This document shows positions 1 through 13,045 of a stretch of DNA of 64,000 bases, one piece after another. Under the pieces are notes generated by a model. That model was not told where the DNA came from. It saw only the letters and a list, made by a program, of their open reading frames with translations, and did not search any database. Every line of letters starts with the position of its first letter. Positions within the stretch are counted from its first letter, which is position 1. The stretch is from the NCBI RefSeq assembly GCF_009914755.1, contig NC_060931.1. One strand, written 5' to 3'. Position numbers and translations under genes: made by a program. The stretch comes from the human T2T-CHM13v2.0 reference genome, Homo sapiens.

Positions 1-57
1 GTTTGGAAACACACTGTTTGTAAAGTCTGCAAGTGGATACATGGACCTGTTTGAGGC

Positions 58-74
58 CTTCGTTGGAAACGGGA
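58..74 (+). promoter_or_regulatory. CENP-B box, canonical (first of three per HOR; recurs every 1022 bp)
   Basis: CTTCGTTGGAAACGGGA is an exact match to the canonical 17-bp box. Confidence 0.97.
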
Positions 75-397
75 TTTCTTCATTGAATGCTAGACGGAAG
101 AATTCTCAGTAAATTCTTTGTGTTGTGTGCATTCAACTCACAGAGTGGAACGTCCCTTTAGACACAGCAGATTTGAAACACTCTTTTTGCGGAATTTGCA
201 AGTGGAGATTTCTAGCCATTTGATGCCAACAGTAGAAAGGGAAATATCTTCAAATAAAAACCAGACAGAATCATTCTCAGAAAATTCTTTGTGATGTGTG
301 CGTTCAACTCACATAGTTTAACCTTTCTTTTCATAGAGCAGTTTGGAAACACTCTGTTTGTAAAGTCTGCAAGTGGATATATGGACCGCATTGAGGC

Positions 398-414
398 CTT
401 CGTTGGAAACGGGA
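398..414 (+). promoter_or_regulatory. CENP-B box, canonical (second per HOR; this dimer is missing in the 4-mer variants)
   Basis: CTTCGTTGGAAACGGGA, 340 bp after the first box. Confidence 0.97.
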
Positions 415-737
415 TTTCTTCATTTCATGCTAGACAGAAGAATTCTCAGTAACTTCTTTGTGCTGTGTGTATTCAACTCACAGAGTGGAACGTCCCTTTG
501 CACAGAGCAGATTTGAAACACTCTTTTTGTGGAGTTTGCAAGTGGAGATTTCAAGCGATTTGATGCCAACAGTAGAAAAGGAAATATCTTCAAATAAAAA
601 CTAGACAGAATCATTCTCAGAAACTACTTTGTGATGTGTGCCTTCAACTCACAGAGTTCAACCTTTCTTTTCTTAGAGCAGTTTAGAAACACTCTGCTTG
701 TTATGTCTGCAAGTGGATATTTGGACCTCTTTGAGGC

Positions 738-754
738 CTTCGTTGCAAACGGGG
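738..754 (+). promoter_or_regulatory. CENP-B box, variant with intact core (third per HOR)
   Basis: CTTCGTTGCAAACGGGG retains the NTTCGNNNNANNCGGGN core; it differs from canonical only at N positions. Confidence 0.92.
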
Positions 755-3700
755 TTTCTTCCTTTCATGCTAGACTAAGAAGAGTTCTCAGTAACTTTTT
801 TGTGTTGTGTGTATTCAACTCACAGAGTTGAACCTTGCTTTAGAGAGAGCAGATTTGAAACACTCTTGCTGTGGCATTTTCAGGTGGAGATTTCAAGCGA
901 TTTGAGGACAATTGCAGAAAAGGAAATATCTTCGTATAATAACCAGACAGAATCATTCTCAGAAAGTGCTTTGTGATGTGTGCGTTCAACTCACAGAGTT
1001 TAACCTTTCTTTTCATAGAGGAGTTTGGAAACACACTGTTTGTAAAGACTGCAAGTGGATATATGGACCTGTTTGAGGCCTTCGTTGGAAACGGGATTTC
1101 TTCATTGAATGCTAGACGGAAGAATTCTCAGTAAATTCTTTGTGTTGTGTGCATTCAACTCACAGAGTGGAACGTCCCTTTAGACACAGCAGATTTGAAA
1201 CACTCTTTTTGCGGAATTTGCAAGTGGAGATTTCTAGCCATTTGATGCCAACAGTAGAAAGGGAAATATCTTCAAATAAAAACCAGACAGAATCATTCTC
1301 AGAAAATTCTTTGTGATGTGTGCGTTCAACTCACATAGTTTAACCTTTCTTTTCATAGAGCAGTTTGGAAACACTCTGTTTGTAAAGTCTGCAAGTGGAT
1401 ATATGGACCGCATTGAGGCCTTCGTTGGAAACGGGATTTCTTCATTTCATGCTAGACAGAAGAATTCTCAGTAACTTCTTTGTGCTGTGTGTATTCAACT
1501 CACAGAGTGGAACGTCCCTTTGCACAGAGCAGATTTGAAACACTCTTTTTGTGGAGTTTGCAAGTGGAGATTTCAAGCGATTTGATGCCAACAGTAGAAA
1601 AGGAAATATCTTCAAATAAAAACTAGACAGAATCATTCTCAGAAACTACTTTGTGATGTGTGCCTTCAACTCACAGAGTTCAACCTTTCTTTTCTTAGAG
1701 CAGTTTAGAAACACTCTGCTTGTTATGTCTGCAAGTGGATATTTGGACCTCTTTGAGGCCTTCGTTGCAAACGGGGTTTCTTCCTTTCATGCTAGACTAA
1801 GATGAGTTCTCAGTAACTTTTTTGTGTTGTGTGTATTCAACTCACAGAGTTGAACCTTGCTTTAGAGAGAGCAGATTTGAAACACTCTTGCTGTGGCATT
1901 TTCAGGTGGAGATTTCAAGCGATTTGAGGACAATTGCAGAAAAGGAAATATCTTCGTATAATAACCAGACAGAATCATTCTCAGAAAGTGCTTTGTGATG
2001 TGTGCGTTCAACTCACAGAGTTTAACCTTTCTTTTCATAGAGGAGTTTGGAAACACACTGTTTGTAAAGTCTGCAAGTGGATACATGGACCTGTTTGAGG
2101 CCTTCGTTGGAAACGGGATTTCTTCATTGAATGCTAGACGGAAGAATTCTCAGTAAATTCTTTGTGTTGTGTGCATTCAACTCACAGAGTGGAACGTCCC
2201 TTTAGACAGAGCAGATTTGAAACACTCTTTTTGCGGAATTTGCAAGTGGAGATTTCTAGCCATTTGATGCCAACAGTAGAAAGGGAAATATCTTCAAATA
2301 AAAACCAGACAGAATCATTCTCAGAAAATTCTTTGTGATGTGTGCGTTCAACTCACATAGTTTAACCTTTCTTTTCATAGAGCAGTTTGGAAACACTCTG
2401 TTTGTAAAGTCTGCAAGTGGATATATGGACCGCATTGAGGCCTTCGTTGGAAACGGGATTTCTTCATTTCATGCTAGACAGAAGAATTCTCAGTAACTTC
2501 TTTGTGCTGTGTGTATTCAACTCACAGAGTGGAACGTCCCTTTGCACAGAGCAGATTTGAAACACTCTTTTTGTGGAGTTTGCAAGTGGAGATTTCAAGC
2601 GATTTGATGCCAACAGTAGAAAAGGAAATATCTTCAAATAAAAACTAGACAGAATCATTCTCAGAAACTACTTTGTGATGTGTGCCTTCAACTCACAGAG
2701 TTCAACCTTTCTTTTCTTAGAGCAGTTTAGAAACACTCTGCTTGTTATGTCTGCAAGTGGATATTTGGACCTCTTTGAGGCCTTCGTTGCAAACGGGGTT
2801 TCTTCCTTTCATGCTAGACTAAGAAGAGTTCTCAGTAACTTTTTTGTGTTGTGTGTATTCAACTCACAGAGTTGAACCTTGCTTTAGAGAGAGCAGATTT
2901 GAAACACTCTTGCTGTGGCATTTTCAGGTGGAGATTTCAAGCGATTTGAGGACAATTGCAGAAAAGGAAATATCTTCGTATAATAACCAGACAGAATCAT
3001 TCTCAGAAAGTGCTTTGTGATGTGTGCGTTCAACTCACAGAGTTTAACCTTTCTTTTCATAGAGGAGTTTGGAAACACACTGTTTGTAAAGACTGCAAGT
3101 GGATATATGGACCTGTTTGAGGCCTTCGTTGGAAACGGGATTTCTTCATTGAATGCTAGACGGAAGAATTCTCAGTAAATTCTTTGTGTTGTGTGCATTC
3201 AACTCACAGAGTGGAACGTCCCTTTAGACACAGCAGATTTGAAACACTCTTTTTGCGGAATTTGCAAGTGGAGATTTCTAGCCATTTGATGCCAACAGTA
3301 GAAAGGGAAATATCTTCAAATAAAAACCAGACAGAATCATTCTCAGAAAATTCTTTGTGATGTGTGCGTTCAACTCACATAGTTTAACCTTTCTTTTCAT
3401 AGAGCAGTTTGGAAACACTCTGTTTGTAAAGTCTGCAAGTGGATATATGGACCGCATTGAGGCCTTCGTTGGAAACGGGATTTCTTCATTTCATGCTAGA
3501 CAGAAGAATTCTCAGTAACTTCTTTGTGCTGTGTGTATTCAACTCACAGAGTGGAACGTCCCTTTGCACAGAGCAGATTTGAAACACTCTTTTTGTGGAG
3601 TTTGCAAGTGGAGATTTCAAGCGATTTGATGCCAACAGTAGAAAAGGAAATATCTTCAAATAAAAACTAGACAGAATCATTCTCAGAAACTACTTTGTGA

Positions 3701-6700
3701 TGTGTGCCTTCAACTCACAGAGTTCAACCTTTCTTTTCTTAGAGCAGTTTAGAAACACTCTGCTTGTTATGTCTGCAAGTGGATATTTGGACCTCTTTGA
3801 GGCCTTCGTTGCAAACGGGGTTTCTTCCTTTCATGCTAGACTAAGATGAGTTCTCAGTAACTTTTTTGTGTTGTGTGTATTCAACTCACAGAGTTGAACC
3901 TTGCTTTAGAGAGAGCAGATTTGAAACACTCTTGCTGTGGCATTTTCAGGTGGAGATTTCAAGCGATTTGAGGACAATTGCAGAAAAGGAAATATCTTCG
4001 TATAATAACCAGACAGAATCATTCTCAGAAAGTGCTTTGTGATGTGTGCGTTCAACTCACAGAGTTTAACCTTTCTTTTCATAGAGGAGTTTGGAAACAC
4101 ACTGTTTGTAAAGTCTGCAAGTGGATACATGGACCTGTTTGAGGCCTTCGTTGGAAACGGGATTTCTTCATTGAATGCTAGACGGAAGAATTCTCAGTAA
4201 ATTCTTTGTGTTGTGTGCATTCAACTCACAGAGTGGAACGTCCCTTTAGACAGAGCAGATTTGAAACACTCTTTTTGCGGAATTTGCAAGTGGAGATTTC
4301 TAGCCATTTGATGCCAACAGTAGAAAGGGAAATATCTTCAAATAAAAACCAGACAGAATCATTCTCAGAAAATTCTTTGTGATGTGTGCGTTCAACTCAC
4401 ATAGTTTAACCTTTCTTTTCATAGAGCAGTTTGGAAACACTCTGTTTGTAAAGTCTGCAAGTGGATATATGGACCGCATTGAGGCCTTCGTTGGAAACGG
4501 GATTTCTTCATTTCATGCTAGACAGAAGAATTCTCAGTAACTTCTTTGTGCTGTGTGTATTCAACTCACAGAGTGGAACGTCCCTTTGCACAGAGCAGAT
4601 TTGAAACACTCTTTTTGTGGAGTTTGCAAGTGGAGATTTCAAGCGATTTGATGCCAACAGTAGAAAAGGAAATATCTTCAAATAAAAACTAGACAGAATC
4701 ATTCTCAGAAACTACTTTGTGATGTGTGCCTTCAACTCACAGAGTTCAACCTTTCTTTTCTTAGAGCAGTTTAGAAACACTCTGCTTGTTATGTCTGCAA
4801 GTGGATATTTGGACCTCTTTGAGGCCTTCGTTGCAAACGGGGTTTCTTCCTTTCATGCTAGACTAAGAAGAGTTCTCAGTAACTTTTTTGTGTTGTGTGT
4901 ATTCAACTCACAGAGTTGAACCTTGCTTTAGAGAGAGCAGATTTGAAACACTCTTGCTGTGGCATTTTCAGGTGGAGATTTCAAGCGATTTGAGGACAAT
5001 TGCAGAAAAGGAAATATCTTCGTATAATAACCAGACAGAATCATTCTCAGAAAGTGCTTTGTGATGTGTGCGTTCAACTCACAGAGTTTAACCTTTCTTT
5101 TCATAGAGGAGTTTGGAAACACACTGTTTGTAAAGTCTGCAAGTGGATACATGGACCTGTTTGAGGCCTTCGTTGGAAACGGGATTTCTTCATTGAATGC
5201 TAGACGGAAGAATTCTCAGTAAATTCTTTGTGTTGTGTGCATTCAACTCACAGAGTGGAACGTCCCTTTAGACACAGCAGATTTGAAACACTCTTTTTGC
5301 GGAATTTGCAAGTGGAGATTTCTAGCCATTTGATGCCAACAGTAGAAAGGGAAATATCTTCAAATAAAAACCAGACAGAATCATTCTCAGAAAATTCTTT
5401 GTGATGTGTGCGTTCAACTCACATAGTTTAACCTTTCTTTTCATAGAGCAGTTTGGAAACACTCTGTTTGTAAAGTCTGCAAGTGGATATATGGACCGCA
5501 TTGAGGCCTTCGTTGGAAACGGGATTTCTTCATTTCATGCTAGACAGAAGAATTCTCAGTAACTTCTTTGTGCTGTGTGTATTCAACTCACAGAGTGGAA
5601 CGTCCCTTTGCACAGAGCAGATTTGAAACACTCTTTTTGTGGAGTTTGCAAGTGGAGATTTCAAGCGATTTGATGCCAACAGTAGAAAAGGAAATATCTT
5701 CAAATAAAAACTAGACAGAATCATTCTCAGAAACTACTTTGTGATGTGTGCCTTCAACTCACAGAGTTCAACCTTTCTTTTCTTAGAGCAGTTTAGAAAC
5801 ACTCTGCTTGTTATGTCTGCAAGTGGATATTTGGACCTCTTTGAGGCCTTCGTTGCAAACGGGGTTTCTTCCTTTCATGCTAGACTAAGAAGAGTTCTCA
5901 GTAACTTTTTTGTGTTGTGTGTATTCAACTCACAGAGTTGAACCTTGCTTTAGAGAGAGCAGATTTGAAACACTCTTGCTGTGGCATTTTCAGGTGGAGA
6001 TTTCAAGCGATTTGAGGACAATTGCAGAAAAGGAAATATCTTCGTATAATAACCAGACAGAATCATTCTCAGAAAGTGCTTTGTGATGTGTGCGTTCAAC
6101 TCACAGAGTTTAACCTTTCTTTTCATAGAGGAGTTTGGAAACACACTGTTTGTAAAGACTGCAAGTGGATATATGGACCTGTTTGAGGCCTTCGTTGGAA
6201 ACGGGATTTCTTCATTGAATGCTAGACGGAAGAATTCTCAGTAAATTCTTTGTGTTGTGTGCATTCAACTCACAGAGTGGAACGTCCCTTTAGACACAGC
6301 AGATTTGAAACACTCTTTTTGCGGAATTTGCAAGTGGAGATTTCTAGCCATTTGATGCCAACAGTAGAAAGGGAAATATCTTCAAATAAAAACCAGACAG
6401 AATCATTCTCAGAAAATTCTTTGTGATGTGTGCGTTCAACTCACATAGTTTAACCTTTCTTTTCATAGAGCAGTTTGGAAACACTCTGTTTGTAAAGTCT
6501 GCAAGTGGATATATGGACCGCATTGAGGCCTTCGTTGGAAACGGGATTTCTTCATTTCATGCTAGACAGAAGAATTCTCAGTAACTTCTTTGTGCTGTGT
6601 GTATTCAACTCACAGAGTGGAACGTCCCTTTGCACAGAGCAGATTTGAAACACTCTTTTTGTGGAGTTTGCAAGTGGAGATTTCAAGCGATTTGATGCCA

Positions 6701-9700
6701 ACAGTAGAAAAGGAAATATCTTCAAATAAAAACTAGACAGAATCATTCTCAGAAACTACTTTGTGATGTGTGCCTTCAACTCACAGAGTTCAACCTTTCT
6801 TTTCTTAGAGCAGTTTAGAAACACTCTGCTTGTTATGTCTGCAAGTGGATATTTGGACCTCTTTGAGGCCTTCGTTGCAAACGGGGTTTCTTCCTTTCAT
6901 GCTAGACTAAGAAGAGTTCTCAGTAACTTTTTTGTGTTGTGTGTATTCAACTCACAGAGTTGAACCTTGCTTTAGAGAGAGCAGATTTGAAACACTCTTG
7001 CTGTGGCATTTTCAGGTGGAGATTTCAAGCGATTTGAGGACAATTGCAGAAAAGGAAATATCTTCGTATAATAACCAGACAGAATCATTCTCAGAAAGTG
7101 CTTTGTGATGTGTGCGTTCAACTCACAGAGTTTAACCTTTCTTTTCATAGAGGAGTTTGGAAACACACTGTTTGTAAAGACTGCAAGTGGATATATGGAC
7201 CTGTTTGAGGCCTTCGTTGGAAACGGGATTTCTTCATTGAATGCTAGACGGAAGAATTCTCAGTAAATTCTTTGTGTTGTGTGCATTCAACTCACAGAGT
7301 GGAACGTCCCTTTAGACACAGCAGATTTGAAACACTCTTTTTGCGGAATTTGCAAGTGGAGATTTCTAGCCATTTGATGCCAACAGTAGAAAGGGAAATA
7401 TCTTCAAATAAAAACCAGACAGAATCATTCTCAGAAAATTCTTTGTGATGTGTGCGTTCAACTCACATAGTTTAACCTTTCTTTTCATAGAGCAGTTTGG
7501 AAACACTCTGTTTGTAAAGTCTGCAAGTGGATATATGGACCGCATTGAGGCCTTCGTTGGAAACGGGATTTCTTCATTTCATGCTAGACAGAAGAATTCT
7601 CAGTAACTTCTTTGTGCTGTGTGTATTCAACTCACAGAGTGGAACGTCCCTTTGCACAGAGCAGATTTGAAACACTCTTTTTGTGGAGTTTGCAAGTGGA
7701 GATTTCAAGCGATTTGATGCCAACAGTAGAAAAGGAAATATCTTCAAATAAAAACTAGACAGAATCATTCTCAGAAACTACTTTGTGATGTGTGCCTTCA
7801 ACTCACAGAGTTCAACCTTTCTTTTCTTAGAGCAGTTTAGAAACACTCTGCTTGTTATGTCTGCAAGTGGATATTTGGACCTCTTTGAGGCCTTCGTTGC
7901 AAACGGGGTTTCTTCCTTTCATGCTAGACTAAGATGAGTTCTCAGTAACTTTTTTGTGTTGTGTGTATTCAACTCACAGAGTTGAACCTTGCTTTAGAGA
8001 GAGCAGATTTGAAACACTCTTGCTGTGGCATTTTCAGGTGGAGATTTCAAGCGATTTGAGGACAATTGCAGAAAAGGAAATATCTTCGTATAATAACCAG
8101 ACAGAATCATTCTCAGAAAGTGCTTTGTGATGTGTGCGTTCAACTCACAGAGTTTAACCTTTCTTTTCATAGAGGAGTTTGGAAACACACTGTTTGTAAA
8201 GTCTGCAAGTGGATACATGGACCTGTTTGAGGCCTTCGTTGGAAACGGGATTTCTTCATTGAATGCTAGACGGAAGAATTCTCAGTAAATTCTTTGTGTT
8301 GTGTGCATTCAACTCACAGAGTGGAACGTCCCTTTAGACAGAGCAGATTTGAAACACTCTTTTTGCGGAATTTGCAAGTGGAGATTTCTAGCCATTTGAT
8401 GCCAACAGTAGAAAGGGAAATATCTTCAAATAAAAACCAGACAGAATCATTCTCAGAAAATTCTTTGTGATGTGTGCGTTCAACTCACATAGTTTAACCT
8501 TTCTTTTCATAGAGCAGTTTGGAAACACTCTGTTTGTAAAGTCTGCAAGTGGATATATGGACCGCATTGAGGCCTTCGTTGGAAACGGGATTTCTTCATT
8601 TCATGCTAGACAGAAGAATTCTCAGTAACTTCTTTGTGCTGTGTGTATTCAACTCACAGAGTGGAACGTCCCTTTGCACAGAGCAGATTTGAAACACTCT
8701 TTTTGTGGAGTTTGCAAGTGGAGATTTCAAGCGATTTGATGCCAACAGTAGAAAAGGAAATATCTTCAAATAAAAACTAGACAGAATCATTCTCAGAAAC
8801 TACTTTGTGATGTGTGCCTTCAACTCACAGAGTTCAACCTTTCTTTTCTTAGAGCAGTTTAGAAACACTCTGCTTGTTATGTCTGCAAGTGGATATTTGG
8901 ACCTCTTTGAGGCCTTCGTTGCAAACGGGGTTTCTTCCTTTCATGCTAGACTAAGAAGAGTTCTCAGTAACTTTTTTGTGTTGTGTGTATTCAACTCACA
9001 GAGTTGAACCTTGCTTTAGAGAGAGCAGATTTGAAACACTCTTGCTGTGGCATTTTCAGGTGGAGATTTCAAGCGATTTGAGGACAATTGCAGAAAAGGA
9101 AATATCTTCGTATAATAACCAGACAGAATCATTCTCAGAAAGTGCTTTGTGATGTGTGCGTTCAACTCACAGAGTTTAACCTTTCTTTTCATAGAGGAGT
9201 TTGGAAACACACTGTTTGTAAAGTCTGCAAGTGGATACATGGACCTGTTTGAGGCCTTCGTTGGAAACGGGATTTCTTCATTGAATGCTAGACGGAAGAA
9301 TTCTCAGTAAATTCTTTGTGTTGTGTGCATTCAACTCACAGAGTGGAACGTCCCTTTAGACACAGCAGATTTGAAACACTCTTTTTGCGGAATTTGCAAG
9401 TGGAGATTTCTAGCCATTTGATGCCAACAGTAGAAAGGGAAATATCTTCAAATAAAAACCAGACAGAATCATTCTCAGAAAATTCTTTGTGATGTGTGCG
9501 TTCAACTCACATAGTTTAACCTTTCTTTTCATAGAGCAGTTTGGAAACACTCTGTTTGTAAAGTCTGCAAGTGGATATATGGACCGCATTGAGGCCTTCG
9601 TTGGAAACGGGATTTCTTCATTTCATGCTAGACAGAAGAATTCTCAGTAACTTCTTTGTGCTGTGTGTATTCAACTCACAGAGTGGAACGTCCCTTTGCA

Positions 9701-12363
9701 CAGAGCAGATTTGAAACACTCTTTTTGTGGAGTTTGCAAGTGGAGATTTCAAGCGATTTGATGCCAACAGTAGAAAAGGAAATATCTTCAAATAAAAACT
9801 AGACAGAATCATTCTCAGAAACTACTTTGTGATGTGTGCCTTCAACTCACAGAGTTCAACCTTTCTTTTCTTAGAGCAGTTTAGAAACACTCTGCTTGTT
9901 ATGTCTGCAAGTGGATATTTGGACCTCTTTGAGGCCTTCGTTGCAAACGGGGTTTCTTCCTTTCATGCTAGACTAAGAAGAGTTCTCAGTAACTTTTTTG
10001 TGTTGTGTGTATTCAACTCACAGAGTTGAACCTTGCTTTAGAGAGAGCAGATTTGAAACACTCTTGCTGTGGCATTTTCAGGTGGAGATTTCAAGCGATT
10101 TGAGGACAATTGCAGAAAAGGAAATATCTTCGTATAACAACCAGACAGAATCATTCTCAGAAAGTGCTTTGTGATGTGTGCGTTCAACTCACAGAGTTTA
10201 ACCTTTCTTTTCATAGAGGAGTTTGGAAACACACTGTTTGTAAAGTCTGCAAGTGGATACATGGACCTGTTTGAGGCCTTCGTTGGAAACGGGATTTCTT
10301 CATTGAATGCTAGACGGAAGAATTCTCAGTAAATTCTTTGTGTTGTGTGCATTCAACTCACAGAGTGGAACGTCCCTTTAGACAGAGCAGATTTGAAACA
10401 CTCTTTTTGCGGAATTTGCAAGTGGAGATTTCTAGCCATTTGATGCCAACAGTAGAAAGGGAAATATCTTCAAATAAAAACCAGACAGAATCATTCTCAG
10501 AAAATTCTTTGTGATGTGGGCGTTCAACTCACATAGTTTAACCTTTCTTTTCATAGAGCAGTTTGGAAACACTCTGTTTGTAAAGTCTGCAAGTGGATAT
10601 ATGGACCGCATTGAGGCCTTCGTTGGAAACGGGATTTCTTCATTTCATGCTAGACAGAAGAATTCTCAGTAACTTCTTTGTGCTGTGTGTATTCAACTCA
10701 CAGAGTGGAACGTCCCTTTGCACAGAGCAGATTTGAAACACTCTTTTTGTGGAGTTTGCAAGTGGAGATTTCAAGCGATTTGATGCCAACAGTAGAAAAG
10801 GAAATATCTTCAAATAAAAACTAGACAGAATCATTCTCAGAAACTACTTTGTGATGTGTGCCTTCAACTCACAGAGTTTAACCTTTCTTTTCTTAGAGCA
10901 GTTTAGAAACACTCTGCTTGTTACGTCTGCAAGTGGATATTTGGACCTCTTTGAGGCCTTCGTTGCAAACGGGGTTTCTTCCTTTCATGCTAGACTAAGA
11001 AGAGTTCTCAGTAACTTTTTTGTGTTGTGTGTATTCAACTCACAGAGTTGAACCTTGCTTTAGAGAGAGCAGATTTGAAACACTCTTGCTGTGGCATTTT
11101 CAGGTGGAGATTTCAAGCGATTTGAGGACAATTGCAGAAAAGGAAATATCTTCGTATAATAACCAGACAGAATCATTCTCAGAAAGTGCTTTGTGATGTG
11201 TGCGTTCAACTCACAGAGTTTAACCTTTCTTTTCATAGAGGAGTTTGGAAACACACTGTTTGTAAAGTCTGCAAGTGGATATATGGACCTGTTTGAGGCC
11301 TTCGTTGGAAACGGGATTTCTTCATTGAATGCTAGACGGAAGAATTCTCAGTAAATTCTTTGTGTTGTGTGCATTCAACTCACAGAGTGGAACGTCCCTT
11401 TAGACAGAGCAGATTTGAAACACTCTTTTTGCGGAATTTGCAAGTGGAGATTTCTAGCCATTTGATGCCAACAGTAGAAAGGGAAATATCTTCAAATAAA
11501 AACCAGACAGAATCATTCTCAGAAAATTCTTTGTGATGTGTGCGTTCAACTCACATAGTTTAACCTTTCTTTTCATAGAGCAGTTTGGAAACACTCTGTT
11601 TGTAAAGTCTGCAAGTGGATATATGGACCGCATTGAGGCCTTCGTTGGAAACGGGATTTCTTCATTTCATGCTAGACAGAAGAATTCTCAGTAACTTCTT
11701 TGTGCTGTGTGTATTCAACTCACAGAGTGGAACGTCCCTTTGCACAGAGCAGATTTGAAACACTCTTTTTGTGGAGTTTGCAAGTGGAGATTTCAAGCGA
11801 TTTGATGCCAACAGTAGAAAAGGAAATATCTTCAAATAAAAACTAGACAGAATCATTCTCAGAAACTACTTTGTGATGTGTGCCTTCAACTCACAGAGTT
11901 CAACCTTTCTTTTCTTAGAGCAGTTTAGAAACACTCTGCTTGTTATGTCTGCAAGTGGATATTTGGACCTCTTTGAGGCCTTCGTTGCAAACGGGGTTTC
12001 TTCCTTTCATGCTAGACTAAGAAGAGTTCTCAGTAACTTTTTTGTGTTGTGTGTATTCAACTCACAGAGTTGAACCTTGCTTTAGAGAGAGCAGATTTGA
12101 AACACTCTTGCTGTGGCATTTTCAGGTGGAGATTTCAAGAGATTTGAGGACAATTGCAGAAAAGGAAATATCTTCGTATAATAACCAGACAGAATCATTC
12201 TCAGAAAGTGCTTTGTGATGTGTGCGTTCAACTCACAGAGTTTAACCTTTCTTTTCATAGAGGAGTTTGGAAACACACTGTTTGTAAAGACTGCAAGTGG
12301 ATATATGGACCTGTTTGAGGCCTTCGTTGGAAACGGGATTTCTTCATTGAATGCTAGACGGAA

Positions 12364-13045
12364 GAATTCTCAGTAAATTCTGTGTGTTGTGTGCATTCAA
12401 CTCACAGAGTGGAACGTCCCTTTAGACAGAGCAGATTTGAAACACTCTTTTTGCGGAATCTGCAAGTGGAGATTTCTAGCCATTTGATGCCAACAGTAGA
12501 AAGGGAAATATCTTCAAATAAAAACTAGACAAAATCATTCTCAGAAAATTCTTTGTGATGTGTGCCTTCAACTCACAGAGTTTAACCTTTCTTTTCTTAG
12601 AGCAGTTTAGAAACACTCTGCTTGTTACGTCTGCAAGTGGATATTTGGACCTCTTTGAGGCCTTCGTTGCAAACGGGGTTTCTTCCTTTCATGCTAGACT
12701 AAGAAGAGTTCTCAGTAACTTTTTTGTGTTGTGTGTATTCAACTCACAGAGTTGAACCTTGCTTTAGAGAGAGCAGATTTGAAACACTCTTGCTGTGGCA
12801 TTTTCAGGTGGAGATTTCAAGCGATTTGAGGACAATTGCAGAAAAGGAAATATCTTCGTATAATAACCAGACAGAATCATTCTCAGAAAGTGCTTTGTGA
12901 TGTGTGCGTTCAACTCACAGAGTTTAACCTTTCTTTTCATAGAGGAGTTTGGAAACACACTGTTTGTAAAGACTGCAAGTGGATATATGGACCTGTTTGA
13001 GGCCTTCGTTGGAAACGGGATTTCTTCATTGAATGCTAGACGGAA
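12364..13045 (+). repeat. 682-bp 4-monomer HOR structural variant, copy 1 (one 340-bp dimer deleted)
   Basis: Equivalent EcoRI sites (gacggaaGAATTC) at 12364 and 13046 are 682 bp apart. ORF anchors jump 11662 to 13366 (1022+682). The junction lies at ~12551-12565. Confidence 0.95.

Larger units (their letters stand above)
100..1121 (+). repeat. Representative canonical 6-mer HOR copy, probably the chromosome 7 active array D7Z1 (S1C7H1L)
   Basis: Seen: GAATTC at 100, 440 and 1122, with the third dimer carrying GAGTTC at 782, giving EcoRI fragments of 340 and 682 bp. Knowledge: D7Z1 is an SF1 6-mer of ~1.02 kb characterised by ~340/680-bp EcoRI fragments. The chr1/5/19 SF1 6-mer is the main alternative and was not excluded by alignment. 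Confidence 0.75.

Noticed and set aside
99-277. Short dyads (AGAATTCT at 99-106, AGAATcATTCT at 267-277) as hairpins, cruciforms or terminators
   Set aside because: Arms of 4-5 bp are generic to alphoid monomers and too short to support a structural or terminator call from sequence alone.
936-940. TATAAT -10-like hexamer (935-940) repeated in each HOR
   Set aside because: Eukaryotic satellite context with no gene downstream; a chance AT-rich match.
930-946. Possible fourth CENP-B box (cTTCGtataataaccag)
   Set aside because: It lacks the CGGG half of the core and is not at the box position of the monomer.
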